DNA of 64,000 nucleotides, from contig CM022678.1 in assembly GCA_012295275.1 (NCBI GenBank), forward strand, positions 1,984,001 to 2,048,000. The letters run 5' to 3'. Shown in pieces: positions 42,845 to 55,848 of the stretch; position 1 is the stretch's first letter; each line of letters begins with the position of its first letter. The position numbers and the translations under genes were made by a program. This DNA is from Chrysomallon squamiferum. Its lineage: Eukaryota > Animalia > Mollusca. The notes under the pieces were generated by a model, which did no database searches, was not told where the DNA came from, and worked only from the letters and a program-made list of their open reading frames with translations.

Positions 42845-45037
42845 TCACCACTAATGTTTTGTTTTTAATCTCATTACACGAGCCTTTGTTTTCTGTAGCC
42901 ATATAGTTTCTGTCTGAAATTTAAAGATATTTATTTAAAATAACAATGAGTTATCATTATCCAAACTTGAGATGTCTTAGGAAAATCTGAAAATAAGTTC
43001 AAATTTTCAAATATGTCGATTCAGTGCAATATTATTATATATATATAATTTTATTTGTATTTATTACTTTTGTTATGTGGTGGGTTATTTATTTTTTTGT
43101 TTGTTTGTTTGTTTTGTATTTTTATTTTGTCATTGTAATTGTTACAGGAGGGGATAATGATCAGCACAGAGATGGTTTTGGCCAGCAAGGTCACTATAAG
43201 TGGTCAGCAGGTCAGCGTGGTCCAGAGGTCCAGCTGTCCAGTCCTGAAGATGTTGTGTATGTTATCAGTGTTAACTGCCTTCTCAGTGTTGTTAAAACTG
43301 CGAGTGCATGTACGACTCTGTTGTTAATTAATTATTTGTCTTTTCTGTTAGAACCATTTGTGTGTTTACACATATAAAGATATGTTTGTGTGTGTTGTAT
43401 GTTTATATATGCAACTGTGTGTATGTGTGTTTATGTCTATATGTGTTTGAGTGTATTTATGAAAGTATGTGAAAAAGCATCTGTTTGTTTTTGTATGTAT
43501 GCATGAGTGCTTGTAGTTTTTTTTTTTCATGGATATAGCATCTTCTGATAATTATTTGTCAATAATAATTTTTAATTTTTTACTCTTACAAACTTTATTT
43601 TATTGTTATTTATTAACTTTTTACTCTTACAAACTTTGTTTTATTGTTATTTATTAAATGAAACACATTAATGAAAACAACAAAACTCAGTATACTGAAA
43701 TACTACAACTTTAAATGTAATGGTAATTTAATTTTAGAAATAGTTTACCAAAGGAAATGCAGTTGTGGGAGGAGTCTAAAATGTGGCCATTTTCTTGTGT
43801 TGCCATGGAAAAGGATCTACCCTGTCTTCCAGGTTAGAGGATGGGATTGTTCTTTTCTCAGCTGTTCAGACTTGGTTATTGATATTTTTTATTGCTAGTA
43901 TTACAGAATGTTATTTCTCTTGTTAGTGTTACTGTTATTATTGTTGTTATTTTTATTGTTACTGTTATATTATTACTGTTAAAGTCGTTGCCTTTGTTAT
44001 TGCTATTATTATTTTATTATTTTTAACTGTATTATTTTTAATATGTATGTGCAAACATACAGCCACAGACACGTATAAACACACACAATTATAATTGTTG
44101 TTGTTGTTGTTGTTGTTGTTGTACATCTGTGGTGTTTTTGTCAGATTTCAACGATGTTTCACCAGAAGAGCTCCGTTCAGAGGCTTACACTGCAATGAAG
44201 GACGGAAGTCTTCAAGCCTACGTGAGTAAATGTAAAAATTAATTTAATTATTTAGTAATAAATGTACTAATAATTACTTAAATACTGTACAAAATGGAAT
44301 GATAATATATATATAGATCACACACAGACACTTTGGGAATTGTATTTGTATCTTCATGCTTTTAAGTTTGCAGAGATTCAGTATATCTCTTATTTTATCT
44401 TTACAGAGACTTACCATCATTTATTTTTTCTTCTTTAACTTAATAAAAATGTTATTAGTGACTATATTTTTTATTATTATAATTAATTATTTATGTTTTG
44501 CAGTTAAGCAAAGTTCAGGGCCTGGTTTTGGATTATACAAGCAAACGACAACAACTCAAACTTCCATCACTGGATCTGAAGAAAACACTGGTAAAAAGAT
44601 GAATGTATGAGTGAGAGAAAGATGGAGTGAATGAATGAATGAACAAATGAATGGGTGAATAAAATACATATCTAACAACAGTACTATTTTAATATTCATG
44701 ATTTTAAGATAATATGAAAGATGAAACAATAAAACAATCACATCACATCCTTTAATTACTTAATAGCAAAGATATCATTTTAATACCAAAGTTCCCACAC
44801 AGGACAGCATGTACCTCAGAGATGGTAAGGTGATATGAGCTGGTGTCGGAACAGGAAATGATTCAGTTGAAGTGTATAATGAATTTGTAGCATGATAATT
44901 AGAGCTGACCTAACTACTGAACTTTATTATTATTATTTTAATCATTATTATTTTAATTATTATTATTGTTATTATTATTATTTTAATTATTATTGTTGTT
45001 GTTATTATTATCATTATTGTTGTTTTTGTTATTGTTG

Positions 45038-45074
<37 letters not shown>

Positions 45075-45329
45075 GGAATCAGCCTAAATGAAAGTACTCG
45101 GCAGTTATGAATATTTGTTGTTGTTTCCCTTATGTATAAAGCTAAGAAATCACGGTATGTTTTGAAATTGATCTTAAACAATAATAATAATAGCAGTAAT
45201 AACAGCATGCATTATTTGCAAACCCACCAGTTCAATTTCTTCTTACTCATAAAAGATGAGAATATGTAATTTTAAATTCTTTAATAAAATCTTTTTAACA
45301 AATAGCCTTCATTATTTATTGATATTATT

Positions 45330-45387
<58 letters not shown>

Positions 45388-46194
45388 TTATTATTATTAT
45401 GATTATTATTATTATTATTATTATTATTTAACCAGGTTCAGCTACTTGAAAATCAGAGAAAAAAAGAAAACAGGTAAGTAATTTATTTATAACTTACACA
45501 AGTTAGTTTTAATTTATTACATTTTATTCTAAAGCACACTTTACTTGGTGCTACTCAAAGTTTGCCTATGTTTAATTTAATTTGGTGTTGCCAATTTCTT
45601 TATCATCTCTGTGTATTGATATTTACATGTCAGAAATACAGTTTAAGTGTAACATGATCTAATTCTGACAAATAAATGGATTAAATAAAATTTCTCATTT
45701 CTCAACAGCAAGGTTTTCTGTGTGTTGTTTTTTTATAATTTTTACTTTTATATATATTTTTATTTATTTATTTATTTATTTATTATATTTTTTTTTTTTT
45801 TTTAATTTAATGATTCATTTACTTTTTGTTTTCAGTTTTGCCAAGAAATCTTCTGTATTTGGAGGTAAGTGTTTACACTAGGAAAAATTCAGAAATTTCA
45901 CCAAGCATTTTTTCTTTCTTAATCAGTAATTTATTAAAATATATTTTATTTAATCTTTTCCTTCACTGCCTTAGCATGTGAGTGGTTCCTGTAACTCCAA
46001 TTCATATCAGTTTCTGTAGCACTGACATTTTATTTTTTTTTTTTTCATTAATGGTATTAATTTTTAAAAACCTAATACAATTCAAAGTGGTCATTTTTGC
46101 ATTTTTTGTTTCTTCTCTGAACAAAAATATAACCTGACATCTGTTTTGAAGTGATGTATTGTGATTTGATTTTATAAGTTTATTTATTTCATTT

Positions 46195-46225
<31 letters not shown>

Positions 46226-46872
46226 GTTTTATTATTTTTTTATTTATTTTTTTAGCATCCTCAGGGTCATCTTTTGGAAGTGGAACAGGAAACGGTCTTT
46301 TTGGTAAACCAGCGCAATCAACCAATCAGGGGACATTTGGGTCAGCGTCAACCAATCAGGGATTGTTTGGTTCTTCTGCACCCAGCCAAGGACTGTTTGG
46401 CTCAGGTAACAACACAGGAGGCAGTATATTTGGAGGAAGTTCTTCAGGGCTGAACATCAGCAACTCCGCCTCAACAACTCCTGGCATTTTTGGAAACACA
46501 GCACCTACTGCATCTTTTGGAAGTACCATGGCAACCAGTGCCTTTGGGTCAGGGATGCAAGAAGGAGCATCGACAACTCAGACATCTTCTGGACAAGGGT
46601 TTGGATCTCCTTCATTATCTCCCCCTACTGGACTCTTTGGTAATGCAGGAACAGCTGCTGCTTCTCCTGCAGTAGCCACACCAGGTCAGGCTGGAGGAAG
46701 GAGTCTGTTCTCCTCGGCTCCTCAGAAGGATCTGTCACTGTCAACTGTGTACACTGCGATGGACAAACTGACAGAAGAAGAGAAGGCACAGTTCATGGCT
46801 CCTTCCTTCACTCTTGGCAAAGTGCCAATGAAGCCTCCTCCAAGAGAAATGATAATGGACCAGGTTCACTGA
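42505..46872 (+). CDS. NUP42: Nucleoporin NUP42 (NUPL2/hCG1), 8 coding exons, 376 aa
   Basis: Exons: 42505-42583, 43148-43256, 43738-43832, 44145-44221, 44504-44590, 45436-45473, 45836-45864, 46256-46872; all GT-AG with consistent phases, 1131 nt. N-terminal CCCH finger (CRYYLQGRCHYGSRCRNAHP), central EMQLWEESKMWPFS...DVSPEELR motif, FG repeats, and a C-terminal Gle1-binding-type motif (YTAMDKLTEEEKAQFMAPSFTLGKVPMKPPP). Confidence 0.93.
43148..43256 (+). CDS. NUP42: NUP42 exon 2 (GGDNDQHRDGFGQQGHYKWSAGQRGPEVQLSSPEDV)
   Basis: gttacag acceptor, gtatgt donor. Confidence 0.85.
43738..43832 (+). CDS. NUP42: NUP42 exon 3 (VNSLPKEMQLWEESKMWPFSCVAMEKDLPCLP)
   Basis: attttag acceptor, gttaga donor. 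Confidence 0.88.
44145..44221 (+). CDS. NUP42: NUP42 exon 4 (DFNDVSPEELRSEAYTAMKDGSLQAY)
   Basis: tgtcag acceptor, gtgagt donor. Confidence 0.92.
44504..44590 (+). CDS. NUP42: NUP42 exon 5 (LSKVQGLVLDYTSKRQQLKLPSLDLKKTL)
   Basis: tttgcag acceptor, gtaaaa donor. Confidence 0.85.
45436..45473 (+). CDS. NUP42: NUP42 exon 6 (VQLLENQRKKEN)
   Basis: accag acceptor, AG|gtaagt donor. Confidence 0.8.
45836..45864 (+). CDS. NUP42: NUP42 exon 7, 29-nt microexon (SFAKKSSVFG)
   Basis: ttttcag acceptor, G|gtaagt donor; needed to restore phase between exons 6 and 8. Confidence 0.82.
46256..46872 (+). CDS. NUP42: NUP42 exon 8, FG repeats and C-terminal motif
   Basis: ttttag acceptor; SSFG/GLFG/GTFG/SIFG repeats; TGA stop. 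Confidence 0.93.
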
Positions 46873-48631
46873 AGACAGAAAAACGATTTGAACAATAAAA
46901 ACTAGTTTACATGATTCATGAGGTTTCTGGCGCAGTCCTCAATGAACCCCTAGAACATCGAAGCTTTCAGTTCATAAAATTCCACAAAACCTGGTCTGTT
47001 GAGTCTTTATTCTTCTTCACCAAAACTCAGAATGTCAGAGCTTTCAGTTCAGCACTCAGTAAAGACACATCTCAGCTTTCAGAAAACATCATGGTTTCTG
47101 GTTCATATCTCAGCACTTCCTGGTATGAAAATACTTAAATTCAATGGACAAGTGAATCAGCGGCGGTCACTGTAAAATCCCAGGACATCACTGTTCGTGG
47201 TTCAGTTGTCATCGAGATGAGAATTAGAAATCTATGAACAAAAGAAGTGAAAGTCTGTGATCCTCACTGAAATCAGGAACATCACAGTCTGTGGTTAGGT
47301 TCTCAACAGATGCTTCAATGTAAAGCTTGCATGGAGAAATGTCACATGTTTTTGAATAAGGGAGATTACTCAGTTTTACTGTGTGTTGGTTTATGTAATC
47401 ATGTATGTGTGAGTGCATGTGCATACATGTCAGTGTGTGTGTGTGTGTTATGTGTATGGATGTACACTAAGTTTTGCACATCAATAATGTTTGCTAGTGA
47501 TAAAAATAAATAAAAATATATATATATATATATATTTTTTTTTTCAATTATTCCATTACTAGACAGGTTAAATATTAAGAAAAAAAAAATAAATAAATAA
47601 ATAAAAAAGTAAAATATCCTTGATGTTAACCTTTGGCCAAAAATATTATAGTTTGCATTTCAGACATCTAAGTCATGCTGATTACTAAAAACATTGTGCT
47701 AAGATGAAAAGTTAAATGTATTTCCACCTAAATTGCAAATTTCCAAGATGGCCGCCAAATACTACATTCAACAATATTTTAACATCTATGAATTTAAAAG
47801 CACTGTATTTTATTAATTTCTTTTATAATACATAAACTACCTTGTTGTTTGTTTGTTTATTTGTTTATTTTTTGTTATATTTTTTTTTCTTCATTATCAA
47901 CAACATAAGTATCATTGATTATTCACTCTAAAAGCAGATTTCCTCAGTTTTATTTTATTTTTAGTTCACCAACACTCGTAGACTTACTTAACAGACAAAA
48001 CGCCGTTAAAGATCTCCTGAAAGATTTCGTTTTACGAATTTAATGACCCACACAGACATTTAACGTCACGCTTGATATAAATTTAAACATCCGTGATCCA
48101 GATCAGTGTCCTAGAAACAAAATACTCTGTGACGTCATTACGTTTGCATCCGATTACAACCGGATGTGCACGGATTATTCATCTCGGCGGTGCAGTAAAG
48201 AATGAAAACACGATGAGAAAAGTCGGGTGGATCAAAGAGGGATCACGTGACGAACTGTGTGAATCACTCCCTGTCTTAACAGTATCTTAATGTAATTTTC
48301 TTCCTTCTTGTACGCGCAATTCAAGAGCATTCAGACATAGAGTCTATGATAGACTTGGCTTATAAAAGTTATAATTTGATGGTAATGCAGCAAATGCCGG
48401 ATTCAGGATTTTGCAAATAAAGGATTGGCAGGCAGTTCCTACTTCCGGCAGTTTAGAAGAATAAAAAGTAGTTGTACTGACTTATGTTTTACAATATAAA
48501 ATTGTGTTGTTTGTATTTTGTTGTTGTTGTTGTTGTTTTTTTTTTTTATTGTTTTTCTTTCTTTTTCCCCTATAAATATAAAATTGATACATAGTGGATT
48601 TTTGTATTTTTAAATTACATAAGACGCATAC

Positions 48632-48690
<59 letters not shown>

Positions 48691-49785
48691 AAATACTTTA
48701 GAGGATCTGTTTCGGGGGCGGGGAGCATCAAATTAAAATTACGTTGTTTTTTAATTTCAGTTATAACAATAATAATAAAAACAATGACAACAAAAACAAT
48801 AACAACACTAATGTCTGTGTCCTCATGACAGAAATAAAATTTTAAAAGATTTCCGTATTAAATAAAATAAATAATAATAAATAAAAATTAGAAAAAAAAT
48901 CATATATATAATGTAAATTTGAGCGTCATATCCTTTGTAAATGGAGCATCATGTGTCTGAATTCGTAACTCACAAAATTAATGTACTGACATTTTAAATT
49001 AAAATTTATAAACTTGAATTAAATGGTATTTCAATGTGCTTTATGTATTTCGTTTTATCTTGTTGTTCTGACAGGTATTATTTTGTTGTTGTAGGAGTTC
49101 TTTTGTTGTTTTTTGTTGGTTTGTTTTTTATTCTTGTTTATTTTTTCGTTTATTTAAGTAAACAGATAAACAATTTGTTGTTACTGTTGTTTTTGTTGTA
49201 GTCGTCATCGTCGTAAAAAAAATTCCGCTGACGCAGTTTTTTTTAATTTTGTTTCTGATTCGTGCTCTCTTTTTTTTATTATTAAATTAATTTTGATATT
49301 TTCATTAATAAATGTATTTACCCTGTACTCATAATCGACTTATTAACATTACAAATCTATTTATAACGTTCCAGGTAGGAGTTGTTAAATAATAATAATT
49401 ATTATTAAGAGCCGCATACGCCATGATTAGTATCACGTTTTGTAAATACACCAATCCATACATTTTCATACAAAACTCAAACGAAATTATAAAAAGGAAG
49501 ATAATAATAATAAAATAAAAAAAATGGTGGTATATTTAAACATTCACGCACACACACCTACTAATACATGCGATTCAATTGAAAGGTCACGACCTTTCAA
49601 ACTTTGATCGTTTTGATAGTTCGAATTTTGATAGCTGACTTTTTAAATTATTAATCTAAATAACATTATTTCTAGGTGCGGATCCAGAAATTTATAGAAG
49701 GGGGAGCGGGTTCCTATTGTTAAATGCCGGAGAAATACGACTTTAAAAAGAAAAGAAATAATGAGAAAAAACATTTATTTATTTA

Positions 49786-49850
<65 letters not shown>

Positions 49851-50089
49851 TTTGTTGGGTTATTTATTATATTCAGTATATTCGATATTCGCCTATACCG
49901 TATTCAGGCACTGATTAATTTAAACACCTTTTTCATAGTTACGTCAGACTCAAGTGATAAGCAAACGTTTATTTCAACAGTATGCGTCCCTCACTATTCC
50001 AAGGCCACTGCGACTTTTGTTCAATAAGTATTAAGTAAAGGTCTAGAAGTTATCGACGAGTGGATTACCATGTTGTCAATACATGTATA

Positions 50090-50170
50090 AAGGTAACCGT
50101 GACGTCACCGTATCACGTGTCTTCAGGCGGGATCGAGGCACATGCGCAGCCGCCGCCATTGTAGTGTGTT
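50090..50170 (+). promoter_or_regulatory. CpG-rich YTHDF proximal promoter/5' region with CRE (TGACGTCA 50100-50107), E-box CACGTG, NRF1-like GCACATGCGCA and YY1-like GCCGCCATT
   Basis: Motif cluster 160-230 bp upstream of the ATG. Motif matches only. Confidence 0.55.
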
Positions 50171-50325
50171 TCGTGTTGTGGATTGTGAAATTTTTTACGA
50201 AATATTTCGTTCATTTAGACTTTTCAGACTTTATAAATTGTGCGTCAAGCAAAAGTATCAATAAGTGTGTGTGTTTGGACAGTTATTGGACATTGTACTA
50301 TTAAAAAGGACGATAATTTAGTGTA

Positions 50326-50346
50326 ATGTCGGCAAGTGTAGATCAG
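50326..50346 (+). CDS. YTHDF: YTHDF exon 1 (MSASVDQ)
   Basis: CAG|gtatgg donor. Confidence 0.88.
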
Positions 50347-53300
50347 GTATGGAAGTCGGCCATTTTCTTTCGAAGTAGAAGTATGTCGATCGCGATATCA
50401 TCATAATTCGTTTTTCTCAATGCTATTTTTTAATTGTTAGTTTTGATCATGCGAATTTTTATGACTAATCGGTTATGTTTTTTCCTTTTCATATCGATCC
50501 ATCCAAGCAGAGGGCAAAGGGACAACAAAATCAAGGTGAGTTTCAATTGTCCCAAAAAGATCTTAACACTGACCGACGAAGTGACACGCCAGTTGTAAAA
50601 ATAGGTCCACCGATGGTTTAAGCGTATATGGGACGTTTGATAAGGGATTGGTGAAATGACCTCTTAAGTCGTACGCCGTTTAATTGTTAAAGCTCGAACA
50701 ATATTTGTTCTGTGAAACTTGTAGAACCACCTAAATTAATGATAACTTAAGATTAAAATTCATTCCTTTAAGTTAAATTATATCAGAAGAACTTTGCATT
50801 TTACAAAAATGCCGCAGTTGACTGATACTTTTAATGAAGGTAATTTTGCCTGTAGAGGAATGTTGGCTTTGAAAATAATATAGATAACTGTCCAGAAATA
50901 ATTATGTAATAAATTTAATGTTCCAAATAAATATTTGTGATCCGAAACTGTATTGTTTTTATAAAATATATTTTATTTTAATACATAAATAAATTTATAT
51001 TTTTACAAATAAATTTAAATTTAGTGGTAACCTTTGGAATATCTACTTTAGAAATTTTAATTTGCTTCAGATCTTAAAAGCAATAAATAAATAACTGTGG
51101 TAATGTGATTTGCATTTTTAAAAAATATTTTATTACAAGTAATATATCGTACATGTTTGTTTTTTTACTGTTAAATACCTAGACTGAAGTTTCAATTTAA
51201 TAATATTAAAAACATAACAGAAGATAAAATAAGTTTGAAATGAGTTACTTAAATTTAAAAAACCAAAATCAAATCAGACTAAAAAACAAACAGAAAATTC
51301 ACCAAAGAACAGTTAAAATGAAAGTTAACATTTATATGCTTTTAAGAGATGTATTCAGGTTTTATTTGTTTAATATCGTGTTTTTATATAGCGTACTAAA
51401 TTATCCTATCCATTATTACCCTTAAAGCTTGAAATAGGCGACACTGTTAATAGTAATTGCCCAGTAAATAGTCCACCAATTCATTTAAATAAAGAGTGAC
51501 AAGCAAGGTCACCCAAAAATGAGCAAGCTGTATAGCGTGACGGTTTCATTTTGAGTTATTTTCGATTCTAACCACTCCAATATTGCAGTATATGTTTTGT
51601 CTATGGAAAGGGTTGATTTAAAAGAAAAAAATGGTGAAAGATACTTTACTCTATATTTACTTCCTGGATGATGTTTCCTTTCTGTGTAGAGGGAGAAAAA
51701 AAAAAGTGACAACACCTGATTTAGTCATTAATATTGAATTACGAGTCTCATTACAAAAGAAAAGACCCTTCATAATTTGTTTTCATTTTTATCATTTATT
51801 TCACTAGCTAACTGTTCATAAAATGACATGTCACTGAGTACAGTATTATTTATTTTATGTTTTTGCCAAGAATATTGCTATCATTTATATCATAATAATT
51901 AAGTTGGGGAAAAAAAAGGTTACAAATTCCTTTTGTGGATAATAACTTGTCAAACAAAAAAGTTTTAAGTTTTTGTACAGTGTCCTAACGTTATCAAATT
52001 GTCATTATATCCCTTGTTTTAACACCTCTTAATGATTAATAACTGTTGATGAACAGTTGACAAAAAATGATTTCTTTTCTTTTTATTTATGATGTTGTAA
52101 ATGATTGTTTCCGATGTGTTGTGTGGTGAAACAAAACTCACTTGATTTGTTCTCTCTGCAGTGTCCAATGGTCCCAGTAAAGAAACTGTGAAAGATTCTC
52201 ACGAAGAGTTTGATCAGTATCTTCCTCATCAACAACCTCATCAACAGGTACAACGTCGTCTTTGCAACTTCACACTGTCATTAGTTCAGTAGACTTGATG
52301 CATTTGTGTAGAAACTGATGCTATTTCAAATACTTAGATTTCATACCATTATTAATTCAGTAGACTTGACATATTTGTATATAAGCTGAAACTTTTTTGA
52401 ATAGATTATTTCACATCATCATTAATTCAGTAGACTTGATATGTTTTTGAAAGTAAAACCCTTTTGAATTAATTCACATCACACTATAAATAAATATGAA
52501 TCCTTTGTGGAATAGAAAAAAAAGAAACATCACAAAGCAGGTTTAACTACAACTGATATTTTTTTTCTTCAAATTAATATCTAACACAAACTAAAAACAA
52601 TTGAAAAAACATTTTTGCTTGGTTACTGCAACAGAATCACAGGTAAGATTAACAGTTGTTATATTTTGTTATATTCAGATTTGCAAGTAGTTTATTTATT
52701 TATTTATTTATTTATTTATTATTATTATTTATTTTTGAAAATCTTCAAAAATTCATTTACACTTCAATAATATTACATAGACAACATTCAGTCATATTTA
52801 TTTTTAAATTTTATTGATGTAATAATAATTTGAAACTAATTTTTTTTTTTTTTTTTGTTCTCTCTTCTCAGCAGCCTGGTTATAACCCAGCCCCAATGTC
52901 AAGCCCTGGAGTGTCTGACCCCTTTCTTCCCAGTTACTACAATGCATCGATGTCGTTTCCTTACATGGACCAAGGACTTGGTGCTGGACCATGGTCAAAT
53001 GGCGGCGACCCTCCAATGTTTTCTATGACAAGTTATGATTACAATGGAATTTTCGGAAGTTTCGGTTACCCACCGTTCGGCTGGGAGTACCCCTCTGACT
53101 ACTGGGGACAGCAGAATGCAGGCGCACCTGCGCAGAACAAACCACAGCGTCAGTACATGGAGCAGGAGTACTACCGTCCCGAGAACATGATGCCTGCAGA
53201 GGCGTACAGTGCGATGAATGGCGAGCTGGAGAGGGACGGAGTGAACACGATGGAACAGAGTTTGAAAGGAATGTCTCTAGCCGACGGCAAAATGGAGGGT

Positions 53301-55811
53301 GGTGTGAACGATATGGTAGGGGGAGAAAACGGGGTTAACGTGTCACAGGGACCAGTTATTTCGGGTGGAGGTGGTGGTGGTGGTGGCGGTTCGCAGGCAC
53401 CCAAAAAAGCTTCATGGGCGGCTATTGCAAGTCAACCAGCGCGCCAGCAACCGAAACAGCGGAGTATTCCTCGGCCTCCTGTTAATCCTAAACAGCACAA
53501 CATGGACATCGGAACCTGGGGAGAGAACCGCTGCAACGGTGGGGGCAGGCCACCACAGCAGCGTCAAGGATTCAACGCACCTCGTCGGCAAATGAACTCT
53601 TACAATTCAGGTGGAAATTCTGGTAGCAACCAGCACAACTCCAATAGCAACGGCGGTTACAACAACAACACGACGACATCGTCGTCTAATTCTTCGTCAA
53701 CTTCGTCAGCCGTTGGGCCCGCGAACAGCCCCGTTCTAGACCAGTTGAAATCGTCGAACCAGTACAATCCCAAGGAGTACAACTTGAACCTGAAGGGTGC
53801 CCGTTTTTTCATCATTAAGAGTTATTCGGAAGATGACATTCACCGATCTATCAAATACAGCATCTGGTGTAGCACGGAACACGGAAACAAGCGACTGGAC
53901 CAGGCGATGCGGGAACGCGAGGGCAAAGGCTCCATCTACCTTCTGTTCAGTGTTAATGGAAGTGGACATTTCTGTGGCATGGCAGAGATGGTGTCACCCG
54001 TCGACTACCAGAAAAGCAGTGGCGTGTGGGCACAGGACAAGTGGAAGGGTCAGTTCGAGGTTAAGTGGATCTACGTGAAGGACGTGCCCAACAGCCAGCT
54101 GCGACACATACGACTGGAGAACAATGAGAACAAACCTGTGACCAACTCACGGGACACTCAGGAGGTCCCCCCAGAGAAAGGCAAACAGGTGTTGAAAATA
54201 ATTCATAGCTATCAGCACAAAACGTCCATCTTTGACGATTTCACTCATTACGAGAAACGCCAAGAGGAGGACGTTAAGAAGGTAATGTGTGTTCGTTTTT
54301 TAAAAAAACAAAACAATTATTAATAAATTCATTATTTACAGTGTAACCACGTAGAATTAAAAACTAGGATAACAGAAAGAGGAAGGTATGCGATCTCGTC
54401 AGATTTGTACAAAGCACAGCTGTTTCTGTACCTCTGATAAGATGTTTATTTTTTGAACCAGGCCCACATCTGCATGATAGTGCTAGCTGAATAATCTATT
54501 TATGTACAATAGTGTGAGGACAGTGTTAAAACTGAGAGAGAGAAAAAAATTGGTATGTACAGAAGCAACGTCACATAAATAAAGTTAAGAAATGTTAAAC
54601 TGGCACACAGCAGTTTCATTACTATTATATTTAGGGTTGGGTTGGGGAAAATACCTTAAATATATACTAGCATTCATTCAATACACTACTTCTGGGATTA
54701 AAATGCATTGATGACCACAAGTGTTTTTTGGATCAAACACTGAAGTACTTGTATTATTAATAAAGCTTTTAATTTGTGCAGCATACTTTAAAAAAAGAGG
54801 AATACATTTGTTGTGTTTGGGATGAAAAGTTTTTAAAAATTTCTTCGATCACAAAATTGGACATCGTTTGAAAGATACTACACATCAAATAAATGATTAA
54901 GACAAATTACTGGCTTAAGTATATTAAAGGCTGTGTAAATAATTTAAGTAATGAGTAGCAGAAGAAGAAAAGTGAAATTATTTTGAAAGATTCATCTGAA
55001 CCCCAGACTGAAGAAGCTTGTCTAGTTCTTATTAATTTTTGTATTTATATGTGACAAGATAGGTTTGCAACAGCACAAACTCTGGAGATGCCAAAAACAT
55101 CAACAACAACAAAAATTAATAATAAATTTTAAAAAAATTAAAATAAGTAAATACAAAATCTTGATATATGGGACATAACTCAAAGTTTGCACTAAAAACT
55201 CTACACTTCAAGTTAGACTAAATGCAATGGTTGATAATATAGTTAATCTAGATAATCTGCTTAAATTCTTCTCAATCTAAGATCCTAGATTTATAATATT
55301 ACAAGGGTAATATGTAGACAAGTTGATTTAAAAAAAAAAATAATAATAAAAAAAACACTTTTTCTCCATCATCCACTTCTTTACTCATGCACAGACACTC
55401 TGGTGTAATACAGGTGTGTTAATATAAAACAAACTTGTGTATTAAAAGATTTTGTGGAGAGAATATTGACAAAAATATTCCATATACAGGGGAAGTAATT
55501 AAGTAAATAAAATTCAGTTAAAAATACTCAGAAAGATGTAGCAGCTGCCACTAATAAATAAAAAAAATTATTTTTATTTTTTAATCCTAATAATTCAATT
55601 TTAGTGCTTTTCTAACTATTTTTTACAGAAATAGAAATAATAATAAAACAAATATTACATAGGAAACAGAATTTTTTTTAAAAATAGGTTGAATATTATT
55701 ATTTTTATTTGTTAGTTTTATTTTTATTCACAAAACTTTATTATTTAAACAAAACTATCTGTACTGATATAAAATAATAAAAAGTATATCCAATAACAGA
55801 ATAGTTTAAAC

Positions 55812-55848
<37 letters not shown>

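Noticed and set aside
44840-44920. Possible intronic C/D snoRNA in NUP42 intron 5
   Set aside because: No proper RTGATGA C box or terminal stem; overlaps the SINE-like relic.
49675-49725. GGTGCGGATCCAGAAATTT...GGGG resembling a DNA-transposon terminus (also tacagctaaacctcg near 41890)
   Set aside because: No matching second terminus or TSD found; too short to support a call.
52830-52871. ORF-track start [14 protein letters not shown] as a signal peptide for YTHDF
   Set aside because: This is the intron polypyrimidine tract. The true N-terminus comes from exons 1-3.
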